64,000 bases of DNA from Azolla caroliniana (taxonomy: Eukaryota > Plantae > Polypodiophyta). The notes beneath the pieces were generated by a model, which was given only the letters and a program-made list of their open reading frames with translations, was not told the origin of the DNA and searched no databases. Position 1 is the first letter of the stretch. Each line of letters opens with the position of its first letter. Position numbers and translations under genes: made by a program. Below, piece by piece: positions 1 to 12,340 of the stretch. Location of the stretch: NCBI GenBank assembly GCA_043228905.1, contig JBHGNT010000012.1, forward strand, positions 1,736,001 to 1,800,000, read 5' to 3'.

Positions 1-2222
1 TGGATAAAGAGAGCCTTGTGTGAACTTGTCAGAATGGAACATAGCTTTACCAAAAGGCATAGATATGTTATCTCATTTGGCTGGGTTGGATCATCTTCTT
101 GCATTCTCTCAATGACTTCCATCACCTTATTAGTAGAGCATATGTAATCATGAATATGAGAAAGGAAAGTTGAATCTAGAGGACAAGAATTGTGAAAGAC
201 ATTATATGCATCAATAAGGCTGCCACATTTAGCATACATGTGAACCAAGGAAATCCCCTGTAATGGATCTAACTCAAGCCCTTGTTTTTCCATATAAACA
301 TGAATTGTTCTCCCATATTCTAATGCTCCCAGCTTTGTGCATGCCTTGAGAATGCATACGCATGTGATTGAATCTGGCCAAAGTTTTTCATCTTGCATTC
401 TTTGAAAGAGATGTAGAGCCAATTCATGATCACCATTCCCCACATAACCAGAAATCATGGCAGAAAAGGCCACAGTAGTATTATTATTATACATAGACAT
501 CACCTCAAAGATTTTGTAAGCATCTTCTAAACTACCACACCTCACAAACATGTTAATTGATGCACTTCCAAGTAAAGCATCCATGTCAAGACCTTCTTGC
601 ACAATGGCCCCATATACTAGTATGGAGTCATTAAGCACTGACATATTTGTGCAAGCTTTCACAACAGATAAGTATGAAACTTTGTCAGGTTTATTATCAT
701 GCCACAATTTGGAAAACAGTTGAAATGCTTTAAAACTTTGGCTACAGTTAGCATACCCAGAAATCAATGAAGAAAATGAGACTATATCGCGCACTAGAAG
801 ATTGTCAAACATGTTCTGGGCGCATTCCAATTCACCAGACTTTATGTACATTTCAACTATACTATTTACAACAAATGGATTTGTATTGAGCTTCTGTTCA
901 ACTACATCAGTATGTATTAACAATCCAAAACATAATGCAGCTCCTTTCGCACATGCTTGCAGCATACACACATACATGTATTCATCTGGTTTAATATCTT
1001 TCATCAACATATTTATGTAAAGTTCATTAGCTTCCTTAATAAGGCCATGATCCACATATCCCTTTACCATAGTAGAAAAAAGTGCCACATCTTGTGGGTG
1101 CTTTGCAAATACATAATGTGCATCACTAATAGAGCTGCATTTTACATACAAGTCAACCAATGAACATCTGATACATAAGTTTAACTCCAATCCTAATTTT
1201 ATGGCATCATCATGCATGAGCCTAACCTCTTCTAAGTCTTTACAGCCTTTGATTAGTGAAACGAATGTCACCTCATTAGGGTTTACCCCCTCCTCTTTCA
1301 TCTTGCCAAGTAGTCGAAGGGCTTCATCAGCACATCCATGGTCAGTTAAACTCACAATCATTATATCCCATGATACTAGATCTCGTTTTGATAATGGTAT
1401 TTCATCAAAGACCTTCTGAGCATCATGGAACCTATTACATTTGACATACATCTTCACCAGAGTGCTCGAAAGCCGAATATCAGATTCAAGACCTCTTTGC
1501 ACAATATGCGAATGAAGATTGTCACCTTGCGACATCAAACATGAAGTGGCGCATAGGCTCAGGAGTGTGATGATGGTGGCCTTATTTGGTTGCATCCCTT
1601 GCCTATGCATCTCTTCTACCATTTCAAATGCTTGTAACGAGTATCCATGTTTAGCATATCCACCAATCAAGACCGACCATGACACATCATCTTGAGTGCT
1701 AAGACAGTTAAATACACAAGAAGCATCTCTCATACTTCCATAGCTAGCATAGGTTCCCACAAGAGAGCTTCCAATGAAGCCATTCCCATCGACACCTTGC
1801 TCTATAACATCGACATGGATGAGCATGCCATACTCAAATAGTGAGAATGGTGAACTAACACATGCTTTAAGAACCACTACAAAAGTATGGCAGCTTGGGT
1901 TGACATAGAAAAGCAACATCTGTTGATAGAGAACAAGAGCAAGATCACCATGGCCATGGTCCACATATGCAGAAATGATTGTGGTCCAAGCATATACATT
2001 CTGGTCATGCATTTCATCGAAGACTTGGTATGACCTAGATAAAGATCCATATGAAGAAAACAACCTTATGAGGAGGCATCCTAGTTGCGCATGGCGATGC
2101 AATCTGTTGCTGAGGTAAATAGAGTAGCCATGCTCTGCTAAGGCCAAGTCTTTCTTTGCAATGCAACACTTGAAGAGTTGTATCAAAGAACTAATAATAC
2201 CTTCAGAATTGGAATTGGCCAT
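1..2222 (-). CDS. PLS-class pentatricopeptide repeat protein (probable organellar RNA-editing factor), 3' end outside window
   Basis: Manual translation from the ATG at 2222 gives >740 codons with no stop to the window edge, which probably explains its absence from the ORF track. It contains repeated P-L-S motifs such as NVYAWTTIISAYVDHG, DDVSWSVLIGGYAKHG, TLVKMYVKC, PNEVTFVSLIKGC and SLVHMYAKCGSL. No E/DYW domain is visible. Confidence 0.93.
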   Translation of the reverse strand, partial: MANSNSEGIISSLIQLFKCCIAKKDLALAEHGYSIYLSNRLHRHAQLGCLLIRLFSSYGSLSRSYQVFDEMHDQNVYAWTTIISAYVDHGHGDLALVLYQQMLLFYVNPSCHTFVVVLKACVSSPFSLFEYGMLIHVDVIEQGVDGNGFIGSSLVGTYASYGSMRDASCVFNCLSTQDDVSWSVLIGGYAKHGYSLQAFEMVEEMHRQGMQPNKATIITLLSLCATSCLMSQGDNLHSHIVQRGLESDIRLSSTLVKMYVKCNRFHDAQKVFDEIPLSKRDLVSWDIMIVSLTDHGCADEALRLLGKMKEEGVNPNEVTFVSLIKGCKDLEEVRLMHDDAIKLGLELNLCIRCSLVDLYVKCSSISDAHYVFAKHPQDVALFSTMVKGYVDHGLIKEANELYINMLMKDIKPDEYMYVCMLQACAKGAALCFGLLIHTDVVEQKLNTNPFVVNSIVEMYIKSGELECAQNMFDNLLVRDIVSFSSLISGYANCSQSFKAFQLFSKLWHDNKPDKVSYLSVVKACTNMSVLNDSILVYGAIVQEGLDMDALLGSASINMFVRCGSLEDAYKIFEVMSMYNNNTTVAFSAMISGYVGNGDHELALHLFQRMQDEKLWPDSITCVCILKACTKLGALEYGRTIHVYMEKQGLELDPLQGISLVHMYAKCGSLIDAYNVFHNSCPLDSTFLSHIHDYICSTNKVMEVIERMQEDDPTQPNEITYLCLLVKLCSILTSSHKALFI

Positions 2223-4338
2223 GGACGTTTAAACATCCATCTGCATCGTATATAACCTCAATAATAATATCATTTTTCTAGATGAATCGTTGGGCAATTC
2301 AGTAGGTCTCTCGAAGATTTCAGCTCCATTGAATTATGTGATAATGGTTATTATGGTCCTTTTGAAGCAAATCACATCGCTACATCAATCATACTGCAAA
2401 CATTATTCACCTAATCATATGGAGCAAGCATGCAACATGACCCCACTGCAAACAACTTATATACATTGCATGGCCACTGGCTACTACAAACCATTTTCAC
2501 ACAATTTTAAGGACTGGCATGAGAGATTAATCCTTAATGAACTCATATATACAAAATGATTTCTACATTAAGGAGAATTATGAATTCAAGCTTATCTCCA
2601 ATTATACCAAACATTGTTCATTCATAATATCAAAGCACTTCTTTAAGTGGAAGTTCTCTGTAGTAGATTCTGGAAACTTTAAAGGTAGCACAATCATAGA
2701 GGGATTTGTTAAATCTACATATGCCAATACATTATTTCATGATTTGTTTATCTATACATTTGAATCATGTAGAAACTGTTTATATATACGTTGATTTGTC
2801 TACTCAACAGAATAAACAAATAGTAAGATTCCCACACAACAGAAAAGACAATATGTTCATATCCAATGGATCAGGACTAGGAGAAACAAAGGTTTTTTCA
2901 CAGACAAATGCTTGTGAGGTGAAATTACTCCGAGCTAACTTTATCACCCATATTCAGAAAATTTCGGTGTAGAAAAAGTGCATTTTCTGGTTTTGTTTCT
3001 TCTATATGCATGCTATGGGCTCACATTCGTCAATATATGATGGGAGATACCTCAACCATGCTTTGTAACAGTACCATTAGTTTGTGATCATATCAACATC
3101 AACCAATTGCATTAGTTTGTAGCCATCACAAGGCTACCTTAGATGACAAAATCGCATGCAATATTTCTTATCAGACAACTAAAATCCTGGAAATTGCAGC
3201 AGGCAGGACCTTAACGTCAATATACTCCTATAAAAAACCACTTATAACTTGATATTAAGTCAGATAAAACTTTTGCAAAATTAGATTTACAAAATATTCG
3301 TAACAGACAACAGAAAGATAAAAGATGCTTCCATACCATTCTCTCAACAGTCAATACGATTGAAAACCAGCACATTTGAAACTATATGCCACAGTAAATA
3401 TATGCATTTTGCCACAAATATTTCTGACATCGGATGTCTTTCTCCTTGTGACATGAATTGTCAAGCTTCTGACATATCACATGCACCATGCTCTATTTAC
3501 ACATGCAACTTGCATCAAGAAGCTTTGCATGTAAAGAGAGGGGAGTGGCTATACAGACGATAGGATTTCTCAATGACAACTATCATCATTTCTGACAAAT
3601 GTACCCTTTCTACATGCCCTTACCCGAACACAAGCTGTGCATCACTCAGTTGATTTTCATGCAGCAGATGTTAATTGTGTGTTACGGAACATTCAAAAGG
3701 TGGTTTTATACGCACCACTTTCAATGCCCAAATCCATCAAAACCTCAAAACAAAAGAATAATGTAGTAGTCTTTTTCAAGGCATGGTGAATTGTGGCAGA
3801 GTGTAGCAGAAGGCTCCTGTGATATGATCCACCTTCTATTAGATAAGCAGATAAGCCAGGGTTACACCCTAAGGATATATGCCGAACATCACACTCGTAA
3901 AAATCATGAAGGTTTTTTTTATTGAGGCAGTGTCATCAACCACCGGAGCAAAGCATTAACTCTGATATCCACTTCAACTTAAAAAGCCCATTCCCCTTGC
4001 CTTCTCCATTCACATCGTAAAAGATATCCAGCTCCACATCTGGCTTTTGAAGCCAACCTGCTTACGAACCAGGATAGCTATAAGCATTTGCTGACAAGCT
4101 CCAAGCTCTAAACAGGCTGGCTTCGGCCAGAGAATTGATTTAGTGCTCCAAAACTAGTAGCCTGTGTAGTTTTGTTGTAAAATTTGCACTGTGCCATAGT
4201 GCAAAGGACTAGTTGTCCGTAACTCCAACTCAACTGCAGGATAAGACATCATTAAAATGCTTTGTTCATCATACAATTAGAAAGCTGACGCAGGTAATCA
4301 CCAAATAGAATTCAGACCTGTAATAGCTGTGAAATTAT

Positions 4339-7300
4339 CTAAGATCCAGAGCCTGGCTTGGCCACCCATACTTGCTTCTGCATTTGAAAAAAGGCAAGAT
4401 CAGACTCCAAAACCAAAAGGCAAATACAGGAGATCCTCTGTGATAGTGTTACTTACCTCATGACCCCCATAGACAGTAGATGTTCCACCAACACGCTTGT
4501 TAATAGGCCTTGTTGCATCTGACACAGCATTATTGTCACATTCCTTAACGCCTTTACCCTGCCTTTGACTGCCTGCTCAACAATCATATGTAGAATACTG
4601 GATGGTCATTTAATGCATATGAATAAATGGGCATATGTATATGTGTATGTATCTATGTATGCATAGAATGAACCATACGTGACATACATGCATTCGCATT
4701 CGAGAATGATACAATCAAACATGTATGGTAAATCATCTCAAGGTTGGATTGGATTTATAAGTTGAAAAAAAAAAAATTGGAATTTCAAAAAATTGACTAT
4801 GGTCTATATTATATATCGATTGAATCAAATGTCAACACAATTGAAAGTTCAAAACTTACGAATTACTTAACTACTAAACATTAGAAACCACGAACATAAA
4901 AATCAAATAATTCAAAGAAATAATAGTATTGATGATGAGCTCATCTTGCAATTATCGATGTTCTCATCTCACAACTAGTGAAGGTATCAATTTCTTCACT
5001 TTACAACTTCACAAAAAAATGAGTATGAACTATAGAGATTGAATCAAAATATGCCATTATAACTTATAATCAAACGTTCAAAAACTCATAAAACGTATAT
5101 TCAACAATGTGAAGAAAACATGACACTAACATAAAATTTTACTATGACATGACACTAAAGAGAGAGAGGGAGAGAGGTGAGAAATTTGGGATTCGAACCC
5201 AGACATAGGCGATAGTAGCGCGACAGCTTACCACTAAGGTGAGCTAATTTCTAATAATAAAAAAGGCAAAAAAAGGAACACATATTTTTCCCTTTTCAAA
5301 CGTATTCGTTTCCAAACGTTTTCAAACGTTTGTATGCTTGCAAAAACACGTTTATTACGTTCTATGTATGTATGTAATATATTATATGTACCCACTTTCA
5401 GTTCATTATACCAAACTTCAACTTTTAAGCTCTCACCTGGCGGAGAGAGAGATGGGGTACCATTAAATGAAATAGGTGAATCAGCACTTGATGAAACATC
5501 ACCACGTCGACGGACCGTCCAGACAGGGCGATCAGGTCTATCCTTGTTTCGTAAACGTCTTCCAGAGGTGTCAGCTCTATCCTCTGTATAAGTTGCGGTG
5601 CCATGATGTTGCTGTGACTCATTTTCTGTAGTACTATTTGACTCTTTCGCGCTAGAACGCCAACCTTGGGACCTTGAAAGGCGCTTGTCTTTTTCACTTT
5701 GTTGATCCATCTTCTGTAGTAGAACAGGATTCTTTGATGAAGATGCTCCTTTGTTAGGGCGTCCACCAATATCAGCACGATGGCTTGGCTTTGGAGATAA
5801 AATGGTGGAGTCATCCGACATGACACTCTGAGAGCTTGCTAAAGACTGAACTTGGCTTTTCAAGGATCGCAAGATCCGTGTCACTGGAGCGCCATCAACT
5901 TGGTTGGCAGATATAGTATCCTGGAATAACAAACTAAATTTGAAGGAGCATGTTTCATATAAACTAGATGCAGGTTGTGAAACTCTTTAATTACCTTTTT
6001 TCCGGCCATAAGCAATTGACTATTAGCTTGTTCAACGCCATTTTCAACAGCAGGAGAATCTAACCAAACACCCCATCAGAATTTCAAACAATGTCAATAC
6101 AAGACAATATCACAACCAGATATTGAAAATTTAGTGCTTCCAACAGATTCCTCTGACAGATTGTAGCATCCTTTGGCATTATGGCAGATTTCTCCTACAA
6201 CTGACAGGAGGAAGACACCACAGTGAATGGAGAAAGAGAGATAGACAATGTGAATGATGCAGCATTCATGTTACGAAGCAAAAAATACATATATTACTAA
6301 TACATTTTTCAAAATGTGCAGTGTGGCCCAAATGGGAACCCATAGGGGGGAAAAAATTAAATCCACCATTTCACACATTTGACCATGCATTTTTCTCAGT
6401 TTGGCATTCCACACTTTGAGTTGTGATACATTTTCAGTACATCAATCAAGACAAGTGGTTCTTACAGAATATAGTATAACAATCAAAATTCATACTCAAA
6501 TTGCTGGAGCCTGCTTTTCGAGAAATGTCTTGAGAAACTTTTTTTTCTTTTATCTCGATAACAACTCGCGCTTTTCTATCATCAGAACGTGGAACATACG
6601 TTGATTTCTCTTTTGGCCTAGACCCAGGAGAGTACTGCCAATGCATTTCCAAGGAAAACTTATTTAGAAACCTTACACTGATAATGCATTTTATGAAATT
6701 GCAAGCACAAAAAATACCGCAGATGTCCTAGATCCGCGCTTCGCTATCACTTTGGCTGATGAAGTTGGTGAGGATCCTCGAGTACTAGTCTTCCCACTGC
6801 CAGCAACTAGTTTCTGCTTAAAATGTTATGCAGTAACAACATTAGCAATATATAAACCAATTGTTGCATTCAGCAAATGTTTTACAGCATCAACGTAGCA
6901 GTTACAAGGGGAGTACAAATGAGAGATGCATATAGAAAATATTGCGAGGATATCTTCACATTAAGTTTGTGATATGTTTTTGTAGCCTGTGACACCCACC
7001 TGTTCATGATAGCCCAATGTAGGCAGCTTCATCATATACCTATGAATAGGGATTGAGGAATTTCATCTATGGATAGCCACATAAGGACATTGAGCACCCT
7101 TCAAAGCAGTCCATTACCAGGAATTTACATCAGATAATGAATAAAACAATACGCTTGCGGAAACTGAGTAAAGAACTCAAAGGCCAGGTTTGTGATCCTC
7201 CAAGAAGATGAGCAATACATACATGCATGACTTCCACATTTAAATCATTCAGTCTACTATATTCTTCTTCAAAACCTACGATTTTTTTTATCTTTCATCT

Positions 7301-10300
7301 AGTAGACAATCAACATAAAAGCAAACATTACAATTGCTTCATGGAGTAAAAACAAATTTGAAAGTATAAACATGTTATCTTTAACACTGAAACATGTGTT
7401 CCAAAATGTTCACAAAAACTGATCACTGCATCAGTTTACACCCATGTTGAACCCTTTGTAAGAGTACAAAAGCTTGTAAACATAAATTTGGCATACAAAT
7501 AAACAACGAAAATCAACAACTCTCATAAACAGAAATATTATAATGCTACTTTGTTTGTAGAAAGAACTTTGAAAGCTAAAACAAATATGTGAACCTGAGG
7601 CATAGACTTCATTGCTCTCTTTTGGCGCACAAATTCCATTAGAGGTGTCACAATGACAGAATCCTTAGATCCAGAAGCTGTTAAAAGATATACATATATT
7701 TTTTCAGTATTTTGCTTGAGATACTTAGGATAAAGTTTATGGTTTCACAGACCAACCTAAATTTAAATTCCTTTCAGCCTCCTTTCTCTCAAGCTGCACC
7801 TCGGCACTAGGCAAGTATTCAACGGGCTTTGACAACATCTCAACAAATTTAATATATTCTGGATCTGTTCAATTGGAAACCCAAAAACAAGTAGCAAAAT
7901 TATATCTTGAAAAGTGGCATTTTAATTTATCTTATCTTCATCTTTACGTGGCGAATGAAGCACTGGAATATGTGGTGAAATATAACCTACTACCAAGAAA
8001 CAAAGTATCTCCGAAACACATGCTAAAATATAACCTAATTAAAAAGAAACACTTAGTTCGAGTCTCTAATATAAATAATTTTTCATACCCCCCATTTGTT
8101 TTACCTTGAAGAATTGCCCCGTCACGTGCATCTTTTTTATGCCATAATTTTGGAACTCGCTGGTTTGGTGCATATTCCACCATTGCTTTATATTGTGTTC
8201 CTGTAAAAATAGCTCCAGCTCCAGCATAACTATCACATATACCTTTCCAAATTTCTTTTATACAAAAAAAAAGAACTTACCTTTCTCATTCACAAAAATA
8301 TGCCCATTGAACTGTTGGTGGAATTCAAATACATCATCAGGGTGCTTGAAGTCAATGTAAGCTCGAGAGTAAATGCTAGCTTTGTTACTATTGAACATAG
8401 AGATAGGAAAGGTATGAGGAATAAAGAATTATTATCTATTAAACAGCAACTCACTAATTTTGGAAGTAATGGTCTTACTTGAATACCATGTAAACATCGT
8501 CATCACCTCTACTATCTTCAAACAATCAAAACAGTAAAGGTTTACAATGAACAATTGGCTTGGCTGATTCACACAATTCATAAATCTGAAGTGCAAAGTC
8601 ACCTTTTTTAAAGCTGAAATATTAGAGTTGGAGGCCAGTGCATAAGCATATTTTTGCATTCTACATCCATATTTTTCTGATTTTGATATCATATTGGCCA
8701 AGTCTTTGGCTCTGAGATGTGTGACCTAAATTAGGCTGTGTACCATTTCCCCCTAATGTTGCAAAAAATTATTTGGGTATTCTTTTTCTGTTCTATTTAA
8801 TGCTTTCTTGGTTCCTACACTGCAGGGCTTCCCAAACTTTTCTTTCCAGTTCGACAACTTGCCTTTGTTAGTTTTGTATCAACATGTAACAACTTTATTT
8901 TCAAACCATCAGTTCAGACAGATTTAGGCATATTGAGAAAAAACCATCTTACATAGTATCAGAAAAAAATAGGGGAGACATTGAAGCACTGTTACTATGT
9001 TGATTCTCAACCATAGCCACGTTAGATGGGACCAGGTATGGGGATGAGAAAAAGATGAGGATGTAAACTTCATAAAGGAAATGCAAAGAAAAAATGATGT
9101 ATTTATGCATTAGACACTTAAAAGCTTCGAAACTGGAACTCGAGACTGTTGAAGATTGGACTTACCAGAGATAGAACATAAAATGTGCAACAGAGTTCAG
9201 ATATATGAGCTAAATGGCATAGATTAAGAGACTTTTGACTTAGGATTGAGAACAAGATATCGATACAAAATAATGACAATATTAGCATAATTGGTTGGAT
9301 AATTAGATTATATGGCGTAAAGACGAAGTTGCATGACCATGTAACTCCTCAACCTCCCATCAATGAAACTCCTCTGCAAATTTGCAGAGTGGAATATGAT
9401 TATGTGTCCTTTCTACATTGATTCGGTTCCTCTTCCTGAGTGATCCTATTTTTATGGAGAAACCTGTGTTGCTTGAGGTGGTATCAACTACTCCTTGGAT
9501 AGGGATACACACACCCATCGACTAACGCCTCACTCATCTGGGTGAAACTTCTCTGATAATTTATTAAGCACTCTCAATCTCAAACCTATCATGCATATCT
9601 ATAGAGTTTATTAAAACCTATAAACAATATGCACATTGAGAGGTTGATTCTGATGCTCTAAGTAACACCATCATGTTCAATAAAATGCACCTACAACTAT
9701 CACATATCTCTCTAACACCCTCTAGTCTAAAAAATGAAACTGCATTACCATCTGGTGATATATTGGAAACAAATTTGACCATAGCAATCATCGTCAGGTT
9801 CCCACTTCTGCAATTTCTCTATCTTACTATCAATAAGCCTTGTATGCCTTTGTTATGCATGATAGTATCCCATTACAATACAAAACAAGTGTATAAGCCA
9901 GTAAGAAGCTACTAAACAGATATTTGGCTTCAAATTTTTCTGCTAGCTCAATAAGAATCTCGATGAGCACAAACTACACCACATGAAATTGAGAAATGGA
10001 GCACAACTATACGATGTACTGATCAGTTATATCACAAATTCACATACTCTCTTAGACAATACAAGAAACAAATGACAATAATGGAATGCATCTGCATGAA
10101 CTCTTTCGTACCCTTCATTATACTCAGGCTTCTTGAACACTTACTAAATAAACCAAGAATTCCTATAATCATTGAATTCATTGTTTACTGTAACCAATCA
10201 TAGAGCAAACAATGAGCACGTAATAGTCGTAAAAAATCTTAATAACCTCTATTTAAGAAATATAGAACACAGTATTGGAGCAGATATATATCTTAACTGT

Positions 10301-10712
10301 GCTAACTCTACACTAGACCATTTCAGTGGAAACAGACAGCCACTACAGAACGCAGTGTAGTGTGTAAGCTAACCAAACATTAGCCTATTCCATGACTACA
10401 GAAAATACATTATCAAACATACATAACCTAATATTAGCCTACTCAATAGTGACTGAAAGACAACGCCAAATACAAAATCGCTCCAAGAAACATCTGATCT
10501 TCAAACATCGGATAATACGGGAAGCCAATCAGAAAAGAAATGCAAGATCATAGAAGAAGATCACGAGGTTACCTCGATTTTCCAGGGTAGAAAGTGATCC
10601 AGTTGAATAAGCCAGAGAAACGTGTTTCTACGTGTTCCATGAAAGCGGACTGGGATAAAGCAGGGGGCAAATGCCTAACAACAACCTTGGAACGAGTCGA
10701 ATAATCCTTCAT
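4339..10712 (-). CDS. UPF3: Regulator of nonsense transcripts UPF3 (NMD factor), 12 coding exons
   Basis: GT-AG exons: 10712-10573, 8387-8281, 8200-8105, 7864-7757, 7677-7595, 6813-6718, 6634-6496, 6200-6117, 6059-5995, 5920-5437 (alternative donor 5392), 4572-4457, 4377-4339. Peptides KVVVRHLPPALSQ, YSRAYIDF, FNGHIFVNEKG, VEYAPNQRVPK, LPSAEVQLERKEAE, VTPLMEFVRQKRA, RRLRNKDRPDRPVW and HEKQVWVAKPGSGS* match plant UPF3. The middle low-complexity exons (6200-5995) are less certain. Confidence 0.95.
5188..5246 (-). repeat. tRNA-derived (SINE-head-like) fragment in a UPF3 intron
   Basis: The minus strand reads TAGCTCAccttAGTGGTAAG (A-box-like), then a perfect B box GGTTCGAATCC. No complete cloverleaf. 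Confidence 0.4.
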
Positions 10713-11639
10713 AGCTGGAGAAGAAGGAGGAGGAGGAGAGGAGAGGAAAGGTGTATAAGGGGAAGCTACAGTTGATAGCGGTGATGAAGCTATAACTCTG
10801 ATCAAAGAACTTTCCTTCGAAATCCTGAAATCCTAGAGAAAGACGGTGTGCCCGCTTCACAGGCCGACCTGTTGGATCAGCGATAGTAGAAGAAAAACTG
10901 ATGAAAAGGGAACTGACACAGAAGAAAACTGGTGTGGAAAAGGTTTAGGCAGAAGATGGAACTTTCCCGATCAGGAGTGGACTTGAAACTTGAAGAAGAC
11001 GAAGAAGCTAGGTTAGAAGGGAGGGGCCCGCCTGTTTCTGACGATGAGGGAAACGTGAGGGAGAAGCTTTCTATCTTAAGCTCTTGAACCGATTCAAGAA
11101 AAGCAGGGGGAGGGGGAAATGGGAGAGTAGCGACAGGGTTATGAATCAGGCGAGGGGGATCGTGCTGATCACGGAGGCCACTCGCATGAGATCATTTTTT
11201 TCGACTTTCACTCGTCTTGGTGTTTTCTTTCCTGTTCCTGTTTCCTGTTTCCTCTGATTCTTCTGCTATTTTGCTGTCCTTCTGCGCGTAACCTGTGTTC
11301 TGTCTGTCTCTCTGTCTGTCTTGGTGTTTTCTGTCTCTGCGGAGACGGAGGAGAAGGAGGAGGAGGTGAAGAAGAAGAAGAAGAAGAAGAAGAAGGATGA
11401 AAAGCTAAGAAGAGAGAAAGAGAGAGAGAGAGAGAGAGGAGAGGCTTAGAAGAGGGGGAAGGGAAGGAAAAAAGAGAAGGGTACTGCTACTGCTACTACT
11501 CTTCACACCTACGCCCTTCAGCCTTTCTTTTGCTTAAGTGCACAAAGAGACAAAGACCTGACCTGACCTGGCCTGGCCTGGCCTGACCTCACCTGGACTG
11601 GACTACTAGTACTACCAGACTCTCTCTGTCACCCGTCAC

Positions 11640-12340
11640 GATCAATGTGCACGTGATGTCCATTGCCTACGCCTCTCCTGTGGTCATGTTCTCGGTCATG
11701 GTCGTGGTATTGATCCTCGTCTTAGTCTTGTTCCTGCGGCTGCTCTTGCTCTTGCTCTTGCTCGTGGTTATGGTCGTGGACGTGGTTGTGATCAAGCTCC
11801 TGGTCCTGGTATTGGTCATGGCGGAGTAGGACATCCCTCGAGTAGTGTGCTCGTGCTTGTGGTTATGGTCGTGGACGTGGTTGTGATCGTGATCATGATC
11901 ATGCTCCTGGTCCTGGTATTGGTCATGGCGGAGTAGGACATCCCTCAAGTAGTGTGCTCGTGCTTGTGGTTATGGTCGTGGACGTGGTTGTGATCGTGAT
12001 CATGATCATGCTCCTGGTCCTGGTATTGGTCATGGCGGAGTAGGACATCCCTCAAGTAGTGTGCTCGTGCTTGTGGTTATGGTCGTGATCGTGCTAGTGC
12101 TCCTACTTCTGCTCCTAGTCGTGCTCATGGCCCTAGTCCTAGTCCTAGTTGCGGTGAAGTAGGACATCCCTCAAGTAGAGTGCTCGTGGTTATGGTCGTG
12201 ATCATGCTAGTGCGCCTACTCCTGCTCTTGCTCCTAGTTGTGCTTGTGGTCCTGATCCTGGTCTCGTTCATGGTGGAGTAGGACATCCTCAAATAGTGCA
12301 CCAGTCCCACCTGTTGCCACATGTCGTGATCGTGATCACC
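11640..12340. repeat. Minisatellite upstream of UPF3: five conserved cores at 107/107/119/119-bp spacing
   Basis: Core AGTAGGACATCCCTCAAGTAG(T/A)GTGCTCGTG, with GTAGGACATCC starting at ~11826, 11933, 12040, 12159 and 12278. Hexamer-periodic filler (TCCTGG/TCGTGG/TCTTGC) lies between cores. Confidence 0.9.

Noticed and set aside
1-2222. PPR pseudogene (no long ORF listed in the track)
   Set aside because: Manual translation found no stop; the ORF simply runs off the window edge.
5188-5246. Functional tRNA gene
   Set aside because: No acceptor stem or complete cloverleaf.
9140-9660. Solo LTR in UPF3 intron 1
   Set aside because: The composition is suggestive, but I could not define termini or a TSD.
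11800-12300. CRISPR-like array
   Set aside because: Eukaryotic context, no cas genes, and the spacers are related low-complexity sequence, two of them near-identical.
11647-12322. His/Asp-, Thr- and Val/Leu-rich ORFs
   Set aside because: Translations of a hexamer-periodic minisatellite whose unit length breaks the frame.
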